This document shows, in pieces, positions 26,299-39,290 of a stretch of DNA of 64,000 bases (within the stretch, counting starts at the first letter, position 1; each line of letters begins with the position of its first letter). The notes under the pieces are model-generated. The model saw only the letters and a program-made list of their open reading frames with translations. It was not told the DNA's origin and did not search any database. The position numbers and the translations under genes are program-made. Source of the stretch: Paramecium tetraurelia. Taxonomy: Eukaryota. The DNA lies in the NCBI GenBank assembly GCA_000165425.1, contig CT868020.1:1-64000 (forward strand). The letters run 5' to 3'.

Positions 26299-27678
26299 AT
26301 GAAGTATGTTAAAATGGCTGATATTTTTGGAGTATAATTGAAATAAGAAATACATTAAGATGAAAAGCTTTAAAAATCAGTTTTTGGAGGAGTGTTATCA
26401 ATTATTGTAACTTCTGTTAGTCTAGGGTACTTTATTTATATAATGGATTAATGGAGGAATTCTAACATCCTACCAAAATCAACAAATATCATAAAGGCTG
26501 AAAACTATTCATCAATATAATTCACTAATGATAACCTATTCGAATTCTGTTATTGGAGGTACTAAGAGGGTGTAATTGATCCATTCAGAACTACTGATAA
26601 TATTTTAATGCCAATAGGAATGTATATTATTGATGGCATTCCCTAAACACCATTTTCAATGCTTAGTAACATAACAACTTTATCAGCATATAATAGTAAT
26701 TTAATCTATGTAGAGAACTTGAATATTATATAAAATAGCGGATTTAATCCTTAATTAAACTAAACCAAGGAATTGCTCATTATTATTACAAAATGCAATT
26801 AATACCTACTCTCTGTAAATTAGACATGTGCTAGCGATACTGATATTGAAAACTTTTTTATTTAATAAACTAATATGTTGAGCTTTTGGATAAATACCAA
26901 GTATTTTAATTCAAAAAGTTAGATATTCGATGTAGTCAAAAAGCAATACTACATTTCATTTGAGAAAGAAAGAGCACAATAAATATAAATAATCTTAAAA
27001 TAATAAAAAACCAGAATCGATTCAGGAATCCTATTTGAAAACTATGAAGAAAATGATTTTGTATTTGATGCTCAATTTTTAATGACTACATTATAGATCG
27101 ACTTTTTTAAGAAAATGATAAACATGGATGCATATATAACATTTACTATAAGATTAGATCCTTTCTCTTATGATACATAAGTTGTCTATCCTAAATTAGG
27201 CGAGATTTTAGCCTAAGTAGGATCAATCGTTAGTATGATAATGATTGTATAGTATGTAGCCTATTTTTACAATGAATATCTATTATAAAATAGCCTTGTA
27301 GAAGCTGTTTTAAAAAGTCTTGTTCTAAATTATGACTCTCTTAAAAATTCACAAGAAAAATCTAAAAAGATTACATATAATAATATACAAAAATTAGCAA
27401 AGTAAAAATTACTATTTGTCAACATAATAAATGAACTCTCTAGAATTGAACTATTTTTATTGAGCCTTTATGACAGTATCTAAATTAGTAAAATTTCATA
27501 GTTAAAATTTCAGATAGCTAATGAACCGAAGTCGGAATCATTTGAAGGAGTATTCTCTATGCTATCTAATAAAAGTTTAAATATAATAAATGAGGAAGAA
27601 TTTAAAGATTTGTTCAATGCATTTATATTTAATCCATTAGAAGCAAAGAAAATCATGATTCTAGAAAATATTTAATGA
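26299..27678 (+). CDS. Two-TM membrane protein (DIFG...YPKLGEILAQVGS family), paralog B
   Basis: 460-codon frame; MKYVKMADIFGVQ, TM1 GGVLSIIVTSVSLGYFIYIM, YPKLGEILAQVGSI. Confidence 0.85.
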
Positions 27679-27850
27679 CAATGTATTTGATAATTAAACT
27701 ATAAAGTTCTGATTACATTAAAATATTTGTGTAATATATTGAATCATCAATTTTAATTTTAATTGAAAATCATCATATTCTAATATATATGTGGAAAATT
27801 ATAGAGATAAGACACTTTATAATTAATGATCTCTGTATATATAATTCAAC

Positions 27851-28530
27851 TCAAAAGAATACGGCAAAAGGAGGGGAGTTGAATGGTCTCTTAATGTAAT
27901 TTGGACTTTCTAGATATTTCTTGATTTATGGGAATTCAGAAATTCTATTGTGAAATTCAACAAGTTTTGGCTTTGAAGTAATTACTTCAGGAGCCAATAC
28001 CAGGAATTCATCAACGAATTCCCATAACACAAAGTCAATATAGGTAATTGTATCCCCGGTTAACCATGTTGATCTTTCTAATGTAGTATTGAAGGCTCTA
28101 AAGAATTCTCCTGCTTCCTTCAACATGTCTTCCTTCTTGGCTTCTGCTGTTTCCTTATTACCATAGGCCCAAGTAAAGAATGAAGCCTTTAAGTCTCCTA
28201 TGGCTCCTCTAATAGTTGCGACCATTGTTTATTACTTGGCATCTTTGCCAAGTAATTCAGGTTTATTTACTTTATGAGCTAAATAATGATAGATGGCATC
28301 TGATTCGAAAACAGTCTATGATAAATAAAATGAATTACGTGATCTCCATCTTTAAGATATGGAAGATTTGTGAATGGGCTATTGAATGTTTGATCATCCT
28401 TTCCAAACCATTCTTATGGATCGTTATATCTCTTATCTTCATAGGGAAGCTCTATGTATTCAAGGAAGAACCTTAGTGGTTAAGCTAATCCTCTAATAGG
28501 CCAATATCCAAGAATGACTTTGTTTTCCAT
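27851..28530 (-). CDS. Glutathione S-transferase, mu-like, copy 2
   Basis: Same 680-bp length and same intron as copy 1; LGYWPIRGLAQPLRFFLEY. Confidence 0.95.
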
Positions 28531-28843
28531 TTATTTTTAATTGAACAATTGTATGGATAATCAGGCACTATATAAAACTAGAAATAATACGCAATTCTGA
28601 TTAATTCAGGAATCTGGATATTTTCTTTGATAGTTTTATGGATGAAATGTAGATTTTTTTTAAGTTTTATAACAAACAGAATTAATACAAGAATCAATTT
28701 GACTATTATTTTGATCCTCAGATTATGTTTTCGAGTCTTTTCGTCTTATGATCAAACGTAAAATTAATTGACTTTATTGTCTCAAATACGAAAGAAGTTA
28801 TAATATAAATTTTATAAATTCTCGATTTATATTTATTAATAAA

Positions 28844-29356
28844 ATGAATAAATAATTCAATAAAACTTCCCCTCCTGAGATATTTCTTACTATCTAAACA
28901 AAATAAGCATAACAAGAAGATTCTTTAGATTAAATTAAATAAGTTAGATCAGTCAGTTTGGAAAAGGAACTGGCTTAATTGAATGACGAATAAGAAACTT
29001 ATGATATGATAAATGAAATTGAATATAAAATGCTTAATTTTAGATCAGATTAAAGAAGGGAGAGAGCAGAAATAGAATCTACAAAGTCATAATATAAATT
29101 GTTAGAGATAGTTGCTCAATCTAAAATTAAGCAATTAGAGACATCATTGAAATTCTCTGTTGAAGCTTTAGAGAATAAGTTTATTAGAGAACAAGGCACA
29201 ACCAATGGATATGTGGAATACATTTAATAATCTATAAGTCAATAAAAAAAAGAAGATGCATCAATTAATCATTATATAAAATTACTTGAGAAAAGAGTGG
29301 CAGCATTAGAATTCGAGTTGGGAATTGAAAATGTAAATAATTAGTAAGGATAATGA
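28844..29356 (+). CDS. Hypothetical coiled-coil protein (170 aa)
   Basis: Intact code-6 ORF MNKQFNKTSPPEIF...LEKRVAALEFELG. Confidence 0.65.
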
Positions 29357-29421
29357 GAATCGTTTATAATAACGCATTCTCACTTGATTGAATTGTTGAT
29401 ATATATATTGATAAAAATAAA

Positions 29422-30318
29422 ATGTAAATCGAGTTTGATTAATACTTGTCTTTGCTAAGTTATTTGGATGAAGAAACTAATATAAAGATTAGAAAATAAT
29501 ATCTTTAGATTGAAAATAATCTATCAAAACCATCAAAGTAGAAAGAATCTCAAAGAAAACTATTGAAGTCTTTAATACAAATATTTTTTTTAATTGTTAA
29601 AACATAACTTATATTCATGTACGTGATAATGTGTGGAACCTAGTCTCAAAATTGCTTAGCAAATCTGCAATGGATGGTAGATAACAAATAGAAAATTCAA
29701 AAAATTAATATTTCATTAAAAGAAATGAACCAAAATGAAGATGATGTCTTAGTGAAACTTGTAATTAATACTTATCAGAAAGTAAGCCCTTCAAATGAAG
29801 CGATATAACAAAGAAATTATCTTAAAAATGCAACAAATCTACAATTAATTGTTAAAATTTGTAAGAGATAGGTGGATTTATAAATTAAACTCCTCAATAC
29901 AAAGGTCCTTGGGTTGTAAATGTAGAATTTTAATTTATGAAAACCATGTTAAATCATAGGAAAAACTGGTAAATTGTTGCTTCTGAAATGAAAAATCAGA
30001 GAACTGAGAATTCTGCAAATATATATAAGTTCAAATTTTAAAAAGCTTGAATAATAGGAGATTAAATTATTGAATAAACAATAAATTGAGACTGAACTTT
30101 CATCACTTAAGTTGACTTACATTATAGGGATTGAATAATTCGGGCAACAATAAATTAGTTTTATATTAATGTAAGAGACTAAATAGGATGATAATAGAGG
30201 GCAAAAAATAATCATCTAAAAACCTCCTTTAGAAACATAGCAGTTAAATAAAAATAAAGATAATAAATAAAAAGAATAAATACCTCAATAAATTACAAAT
30301 AATAGGATATTCAACTGA
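29422..30318 (+). pseudogene. Myb-repeat transcription factor pseudogene
   Basis: Myb fragments in different frames: NQNEDDVLVKLV, RDRWIYKLN, KGPW, KNWQIVASEMKNQRTENS; frameshifts and TGA stops. Confidence 0.7.
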
Positions 30319-30819
30319 TATGTATTATTCAATCGATCCTCTTAGTGTTCTATTATATTAAATTAATTCACTGTTGATGGCGAAAGTTCAATCTGAGCAT
30401 GGTTAGATTTTCCACCAAAAACTTTATTTTTCATTACGTTAATATTCTCTGACTTGATTAGGCTTTTTCTTATTTAATTTATGAAAATTCTAATAAAACC
30501 ATTCTTTTTATTCATTTTTAATTTTCAAATATCTTTTTTGCCTGAGTTTATTATGCAAGACTATAGACGACTCAAATGAATAATACTACGTACTTTCTAA
30601 ATTAATTAAGTTGGTATTCGGGTTAATATATTTTTTGAGCCTTTAAATTAATTAAATATTAAAGATATTATAATTTGTTAAATATTTCATATAATTTTAC
30701 TCAAATATTTATAACAAGATTTACTTTAAATATCATCAAATCTTATTGTTTATAATTAGTCAGATATTATTAAGGTATTTAAATAATTTGTAATTTTTGT
30801 TAACTGAGAATGAAATGTC

Positions 30820-32054
30820 ATGATAATAAACCAGCTTCATAATCTTATTAATTTCTTGAAAAAATTAGGGGAGGGGTATTTTATATCATTTTGATATAAT
30901 AAGTTCCTTTGGATTTATATGGAAAGTCAATCATATTGAGACTGGGCGCTTATATGCTTGTAAATTAGTCAAAAATTCGATGAAAAAGGAGAAAACTTTA
31001 CTTCAAAGATTGATAAAGATCCTGCATTTACTGTAAGGGAAAAAAGGTAACAAATAAAGTAAAATAGGCTTTACTCAAATAATCACATCAGGTTAGGATC
31101 ATAAGAATACCTACTTTAGAATGAATTTATTAGGAGACAATTTAGAATAAGTGAGAACAAAATTTGGGAATTTTAATACTGCTACTATATTAAATACAGG
31201 TTAATAAATGATTCTGCTTCTTAAAGAGTTACATAATGCTCACATTATCGCATAGAGATATTAAGTTATTAAGTCTGAAAAATTTGTAGTTCATCAAGAG
31301 AAACTACATCTAATAGATTTTGGACTATCTATTTCGGAAGGAAAACATCTAGAATTTCAAGAAAATAAGGTTATGATAGGGAAAGCTCGTTGTGCTTCCA
31401 TATACGCATTGAAGGGATACGAATAATCAAGGAGAGATGAACTTGAATCTGTTGTTATTTACTAATTTATTTATTCAATGGAACTCTACCATGGAACAAT
31501 ATTAAAGGTGATGATAAGCAGAATAAATATTACAAGATTTAAAGGATGAAAGATATATTTAAACCAGAGACCTGCATAAATTTGCCTCTTGAGCTCTTGA
31601 AGTACATAAAATATGTTAAACAATTAGAGTTTGATTAAAATCCTGATTATGAATATTTGGAAAATTTGTTAAAAAAAGGGGAGGATTTTACTCGAAGTCC
31701 TAAACTCTAAATTTAATAAAACCAGTCCTAAGTTAACCCTAATTTATTGAATTTATGGGTATTGAGAAGGAACAGAGTTTGACATCTAGAAAATTATTGT
31801 AGCAATAAGATAACACTAGTCGAAGGATTAAATTAGAAGATCTAAGTTCCACAGGAGCTGACATAATGGAAGAGTTGGATAAAGATGAAGGAATACAATT
31901 ATAAAACCTATCTGTTGACATCAAATAGCCAAAAATACTAAATAAAACAAGAACGGAATAAGGTTAGATTTTTGGTTTTGAGGCTAAGCTAAAAACGAAT
32001 TAATTACCCATTTCCTTACAATAATCATTACGATATCTTTAATAATTTCTATGA
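30820..32054 (+). pseudogene. Casein kinase 1 family pseudogene
   Basis: KKLGEGSFG, MNLLGDNLE, LIDFGLS, EQSRRDELES, LPW recognisable, but HRDIK is out of frame and there is a frameshift at about 31454. Confidence 0.8.
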
Positions 32055-32087
32055 TAATTTATACTACAAAAATTTGTATATATTTTA

Positions 32088-33000
32088 ATGAATTCAAGTA
32101 TAATCAATATTGGAGTCTATTAAATACTTCTTAATCGTTTGATTGGATAAGGATGGCATTCAACTACATATTAATGTATAAATATCCAATAAATGTAAAA
32201 ATAATTGGTGGCCAAAATCTATTAAAGTTAAACAGTTCCTAATGATGCAGAAATTATCAAACTTAAAAAGCTGAATCATGCTAACGTTGTTTAAATTTAT
32301 GATGTATATTAAAATGAAAAGGACGTTATAATTATTATGGAGAAATGTCAGTCATCTTTAAGGAACGAAATGAAATTTCAGAAGGAATATGATGAGATGG
32401 AGCTATTGGCTGTTTTAAGTTAAATCTTGAAGGGTTATAATTATATTTTGGATCAGGGTTTAGAAATAAATGAATTGAAACCAACTAATATTATGATCGA
32501 TGATAATGAAATCATTAAAGTACGAATTTATTCTATTTGAAAAGGTCTCGAATTATGGTATGAGTAACCTCTATAAACATTCTGATGTAGAAGTTAGACC
32601 TTATGCGGCCCCAGAAATCTTCTTTAGCAATAAGCAGACTGATGCCAAAAACATATATTCGGTAATAAGCTTTAAGATATTTTAGTTAGGTTTGATTATT
32701 TATTAACTTGTATTTCATTAATTACCATTCTCGTTAAAGTAGAATGGTGACGTGATTGCATTTCTATAGAGAATTAAAAAATCTAAGCTCTAAATTCCTT
32801 AAAATGTAAAGATGATTCTATAATAGAAATTCTAAAAGATAACTGAGATCATTTCTCAAATGATAATTTATGATTATTAAGAAAGGATAAATCGAGAGAA
32901 ATTGGGAGAATTATTAATTTAGAATTTCAAGAGAGGAAGTAGAAGAATAGCTAGTATTTAGCCAATTGCTGCAAAGGCTGACGATTATTTATACTTTTGA
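32088..33000 (+). CDS. Predicted pseudokinase (intact gene, catalytic motifs lost)
   Basis: IGQGWHS, VAK, HANVV and YAAPE kept; HRD replaced by INE(LKPTN), DFG by NYG; two introns. Confidence 0.85.
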
Positions 33001-33038
33001 TTTTTAGAAATTATTTTATTATTTTATTTATTCAATAA

Positions 33039-35456
33039 ATGGCTCATCAAAGGAATGAAATGAAGATAGGAAATTACTCCTTCGATGCTTAGAAGGATCT
33101 TATAGTAGAAGGTAAGAGAGGACCAATACTAAGATGTAAGGATAACTCTGGCTAAGTTTATTGTCTGAAAGTAATTAGAAAATTAGGGGATAATTATAGA
33201 AATGAAATCGAGGCTTATAAAAGACTCAAATAAGAAAAAGAAAAGCATTTCAATACTTTAAGGGTTTACGAATTGTAAGAGGATAATGACAATTTTTATA
33301 TTTTCACAGAACTTTGTGAAGCTACCTTTGATCAATACTTGAGTCAAAGATGGAAAAACATGATGTTGAATTTCGATGAAATTCAAGATTTTCTAGGTCA
33401 AATAGTGAAAGGTTATTAATACTTGAGAAAGCTGAAAATTAATGTGAGAGATTTGACGCCTAAAACTATACTTGTCTAGAAATTAATAAATGATAGAATG
33501 ATATTAAAAGTAAACTTTCATTTGATTTAGATATCTGATTATTGTATATACGATAACGGAAGAATAGATCCTCAGGCTCGAACTCCAATTTTCTAGTCCC
33601 CAGAATTGTTCAATTTTAATTCTATGAAAATAAAATTATCCGATCTTTGTGACATTTATGCTGTAAGCTTTATTTAATATTATACGAATAGCTTGGAGTG
33701 ATTCTCTATATGATGTGCTTCAAAGGAGATAATATAACAAATGTTGAAGACTTCTCTAATTTAGAAAAATTTCACGAGGACCTAAAAGCCAAAAATGCTT
33801 TCTAATGTCCAAAAAATGCTTATTGTTAAAAGGAATTACTCTCATTAATATCATAAATGATTGTCTACAATCCAGAGGACAGAATAAAATGGGAAATTTT
33901 GGAGTAAAGGTATCCTCCACATTTTTTTATCTTATCAGATTTATATTTTGTAAACATTAAATAGGTTCTTGGATCTGGAGCTTAAGGATCTACATACATT
34001 GCATAAGATTTAAGAACTAATGAATAATTAGTTTGCAAAATAATTCCAAATGGGAAAGAAGGCACCTTGAGAGAAAAATAAATTGTTGATTAAATCAAAA
34101 AAGTGAAAGCTAATGAAAATGTGATAAAAATTGCTTATACACAAACGCGCCATCAAGATACTTGCATAATTATGGAGAAATGTGACGAGAGTCTGCAAAA
34201 TTATCTAAAAGGAAAAAGTGATTCTTAAAGATAATTAGAAAATAAGGAAATTATAGAGATTCTATATTAAATTGTTTAAGGTTATTGCTTCCTGAAATAA
34301 ATTGGAGTAATTCATAGAGATCTAAAACCAGATAATATTCTAATAAAAAAGATTTAAGGGAGAAATGTTATTAAAGTATATTAATTATACAAAATTAGAT
34401 TATCGACTTCGGAGTAGGCAAGATTATTGGTAAAGAAGTTACTTTTACTGAGGCAGGCACACCATTATTTGCAGCTCCTGAAGTGTTAAAACAAGGTAAA
34501 GCTTATGACTATTAATGCGATATTTTTTCAGTATTATTTTGCACATAAACTTTAGTTAGGAGTGATATTGCATTATTTGGCATTTCTAAGAATGTTTAAG
34601 GATATAAATAATAGAAGAGAACTACTAGAATTTCATAACTCTTTAGAGACAAGACCTTTTTATTGTGAACAGCATTAAGTAAATTATTTAAATTGAGCTG
34701 TAGAATCCATTAATTACAGAGCTGATTAATAAAATGATTGTTTATGATCCAAAAAAGAGAATTACTTGGGAATAATTATAAGTTCATTCTATTTTTGATG
34801 AATTGAGAAACATTCCTCCTATTGTACGGTTCACCGAGACTTATAAATACATTTTTGCTTTATATAATTTGGCTTCTAGGGTATTAGGATAATTAGAAGA
34901 AAATGAAAAAGATAATATAATGCTCCAAGGTGAGATATAAATATTGAAATAATTTATTATTAGATTCTAATTATCCTGCTTGATGTGCATAAATCAAATT
35001 ACTAAAAATTAATATATTATTATAGATAAAATCTGTTATAAAGTGAAATCATAAACAGATTTCTAAGATTGGCTAAAATAGATTGATTGTTAATAACTGT
35101 ATACCTAAAGCCTTGGAAAATATAATTCTATGAAGGACGTCTAAGCACTTAACTAAAACATAGCAAAGGGGTTGGAATTTTTGAACATGCTTAAAGAAAT
35201 TGTCAAAAAGGAAAATACCACCTTTTTAGATATTCATTATTACTTCCACTAATTTTTCTAATTAGTCAGGATTCTAATTTTGAAGTCGAATCTAACAAGC
35301 AAAGCCAAATATTCCTTGCTAAAATTAAAAAATGTCTTTTAAGAATACCCTGTACACAATTTAGAAGCTTTTATAGAAACTAAAATGACATTAAAGATAT
35401 TAGAAACGTCTTAGATGGAAAATTACATTGATGTTGAACTGAAGTAGATTCAATGA
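33039..35456 (+). CDS. Tandem two-kinase-domain protein (degenerate N-terminal domain, canonical second domain)
   Basis: Domain 1: VRDLTPKT, DYC, SPE. Domain 2: LGSGAQG, VCK, IHRDLKPDN, DFG, GTPLFAAPE. Helical C-terminal tail. Confidence 0.9.
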
Positions 35457-35524
35457 TTCATATTTTCACAATAAAATAGTCATCTTTATCCAATTATTTA
35501 TAATTAATTTATTATTTAATTGTT

Positions 35525-37490
35525 ATGCAAAGGAGTCCATCCTCATAATTGTCAATTAATTAACTGACAAATTCTTTATTAGAATGTATTTTAAAGGAAT
35601 AGCATGGCAGCATTAAATTTGATATAATAAAGAAATTTTAGGAAAACATCAATAATAGCGAAATTCATTAATTTATTTTTTAGCTCTGGTAAATTGTATT
35701 CTAATATATTAGTTATATTTATTATGTAACAGGTAATAATCATCTAGAGGAATTTTTGAAAAAATATGGCTTGATGAATTCTTCAAATTATTACAGATTA
35801 GAATGGACTTTAAAAGCATTGAGTGAGGATTCCAAGTGCTTTCCCATTCCTGATTATTTCGCTAAATTCTTTACAGTAATCTATGCAATAATTTTAGCTT
35901 ATGAAACATGAATATGTAAACAAGGGATTAACTAATACTAACAGCAGAGAAGATTATTTTTAGGATAGTAATTCATTTATTTTACGCATATAGTGTATTT
36001 GATTAAAGAAGCCAGAGCAAATTACCAAGATAGATAAGATCAATTAATTTTTAATTTAATAGAATAAAGTCTGAGACTAAAAAGCATTGAGATTGAGGAA
36101 AGAAAATAGTAGATGATAGCCTTTTTAAAAAAGATTAATCAAAATATAAATTATTTGTGGCAAATAACTTCATAAGGTGGCATAACGATACCATTTAATC
36201 ATGGATTAATAGATTCTTATTTAGTAGTCCACATTCTTGATGATGAATTTACTTGTTTCAATACTGCAAAGAGAGTTCCTTACAAGATAATTGTAGAAAC
36301 TATTGAGTATGTATCAATTCTAACGTAGTCCATCGGAATTAGAACTCATTAAGAAAGCTGTAGAAATCTATCAAAATAGTAGCGATATTTAAGAATTAAA
36401 CCCCTTTTATGATATCGAGAAGGAAATGAAAAGCATAGCATAATTGAAGATACTCTAGCAATATGACATCGATGAATTAAAAAAGTATTGTATCAGGATA
36501 TAAGAGATTGGCATTAAAAAAAGTAGAATTTCATTTAAATCCTGAGAACTAGAAAATAAGGAGGAAGCCAAGAGACAAAGATATCTATGCATCTTCAACT
36601 AATTGTACTTCGATTTGGGGTGAAGATTGGAATGAGACTTAGTCTAGAATTCGTAAGTCATCTTAATTTGGACACCTTAAAACCTATCAAATAAGACAGA
36701 TTATAATTAAAGGAGGCGATGATTTAAGGAATGAGTTATTAATCATGCAGATGATAAAGAAGATAAAGGAGATATTTGAGAAACACAAACTAGACATCTT
36801 TTTGAGACCTTACGATATTATTTTAACATCCCCAAATAGTGGGATATTAGAATTCATTCCAAATACTGTTTCAATAGATAAAATTAAGAGAGATTATTAA
36901 GATTACACTTTGAAACAGTTTTATGAGAATTTCTTTGATTGCTTTAGTGAGGCTTAGACGAACTTCTTATAAAGTCTGGCTGGCTATTCATTGATATGCT
37001 ACCTATTCCAATTAAAGGATAGACACAATGGAAATATATTGATTGACAATTAAGGACACATTATTCATATTGACTTTGGGTTCGTTTTAACTCTAACTCC
37101 AGGTAATTTGGGATTCGAAACTGCACCCTTTAAGTTAATTGAAGAATACGAAGAGCTTTTGGACGGGAAAGGCAGTTATTTCCATAATTACTTCTAAACC
37201 TTAATATTCAAAGGTATGATATTACTAAATCTTGAGGTCTGATGGCGTTGTAATAAGAAATTGATGAAATCTTGAACTTCGTTAAGATTATGAACTTCAG
37301 TCCGAAACATAATCTATTGGTGAGTTTGGAGAAATTTAAAATTGAAGACTTTCGAAAGAGGTTTATGGAGAAGTGCTCTCTAGAGTAATTATATGAGAAT
37401 GTACAAAATATTGTAAAAGAATCCAGTAATTCATGGACCACCACTCTGTATGATTATTTTTAGTTTAAGACCAACACTATATATTATTGA
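35525..37490 (+). CDS. PI4K: Phosphatidylinositol 4-kinase (type III beta-like)
   Basis: IIKGGDDLRNELL, SLAGYSLICYLFQLKDRHNGNIL, IHIDFGF, FETAPFKL. Confidence 0.93.
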
Positions 37491-37506
37491 TACTAATTAT
37501 TAAAAT

Positions 37507-38613
37507 ATGAAATAACCTGAATATAAATGCACAGAAAAGCTATGGAAGCCGATAGTTAGACCTCCAAGGCATAATTACCGTTTAAAAGATATGGGGAATG
37601 AAATATTTATGGTTCAGGACACTGTGGTCAAACGAATAGACTTTGAAATGGTAAACAGTCGCGGACTAACTCTTCAGTGCAGGTAACTTCAATGAGATTG
37701 CTTAGTTTATTTGAGCCTGTAAGAATGTAAGACAAGCCCCATTGCTGCATGATTTATTTACATGGGAACTCCAGCAGCAGAGTGGAGTCTCTAACAATAC
37801 TTGAATATTTACTTCCTTAGAACATTTCGGTTTGTGGAATTGATTTGTCAGGTAATCAAATATTGGATCTTAGGTTCTGGCTAATCCTAAGGAGAGTACA
37901 TTTCATTAGGATTCTATGAATCAAGAGATGTAGTTGATCTCTATAATTATTTACGTTCAAATAAAGTAAGTTAACTTCATTATTAAAAGTTGCTTAGCCA
38001 TTTATCACTTAAATCGGTTTGTGGGGTAGATCCATGGGTTCAGTCACAGCCATCATAGCAGCTAGTTTGAATTCTAACTTCAAAATGCTTGTTTGTGATA
38101 GTCCCTTCTCAAATCTGACTCATTTATGTTAGGAATTGGCTTCTAATACTTATAGCATTCCAGGATGCTGCTTCAATTGCTTTTGGTGTTTTGTCAAATC
38201 CAAAATAAGAAAGGAAGCCAAATTTAATATTGATGATTTGAATATCATTCAAATTATACAAAGTTTTAAAATAGAATTATTTTATAGCCTTACCAACTGA
38301 TGTTTCTATTGTCTTTCTATCAGCCAAAGGTGATACGCTCATTAGAGAAAAACACCCTAAAGTTTTATCGGAAAAGTTTAGAGGAATTAAAGAATTAATA
38401 TAGTTTGAAGGCACACACAATTCCAAAAGGCCAATCGAAGTTATGAAAGCCACAGTCTAATTCATAGTTGCTTTTATGGAAAAAAATGATTAACACTCTT
38501 GTCTAAAGGATACAAAAGTTTCATTGAATTGTAAGGACTAGATTCCAATTACTGATGTTGTAGTTCCTCTATTATATTCTGAAAGACCATACATATCCAA
38601 AACAGAAAAATGA
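37507..38613 (+). CDS. Alpha/beta hydrolase
   Basis: IVRPPR, IYLHGNSSSRVE, nucleophile motif WGRSMG, DSPF, FEGTHN. Confidence 0.9.
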
Positions 38614-38815
38614 TGTTAAAGTAAATTCTACAATTATAATTAACATATAAATATCCAAATTCTTATAGATTTTATCTGATATTATATAGTCGATGGATAA
38701 TTGGAATAAAATTTACGTTCTCAATTCTTTATATTAATTAATATAATAAATTGTATTTACTTAAAAGACACTCTAAGAGTATCATATTCAAATCATTTGG
38801 TTTTAGAATTATTAA

Positions 38816-39226
38816 TCATTTTAACTTTATCATGTAAACAAATTCAAACGAAATTTAAATGTAGGTTTGAGATAGTTTAATTGAATTTATTGTTTTAAAG
38901 TGAATTCCTACGTTTTATAAACTTAAATTATAATTTTTAGTAGTTTCATTAAAACTAGTTTCTCTAATTATTTTAATTTGTGATTCAATAGAAATTCTGA
39001 TAATGAATATCTAAAATTAAGATGTTTGATTCAGACTTCCACTATTAAGAATCAATTGTTTGTTATTAATATATCCATCTATTTAGAAGAAATTTTAATC
39101 AATTCCTTATTCCTTTATCTTGTTAACTCCTTATTTTATAAGAGCAATTATAAAGAATCCCAACGTAAGAAAATTAATAGAATAAAAGAAAGTAGTTGAA
39201 ACAAAAGAATATAATTACAATAACAT
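38816..39226 (-). CDS. Small putative membrane-anchored protein
   Basis: 137-codon code-6 ORF with hydrophobic N-terminus MLLQLYSFVSTTFFYSINFLTLGFFIIALI; no homology recognised. Confidence 0.35.
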
Positions 39227-39290
39227 TTTGTGATTTGAAAAAATTTTAATAAATTCATTAGTGAGATAATAATAACTTAGAAGGGCTAGA

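Noticed and set aside
25314..28476. Two near-identical 86-aa plus-strand ORFs suggesting a mobile element
   Set aside because: Antisense shadows of the duplicated GST genes; no terminal repeats or transposase.
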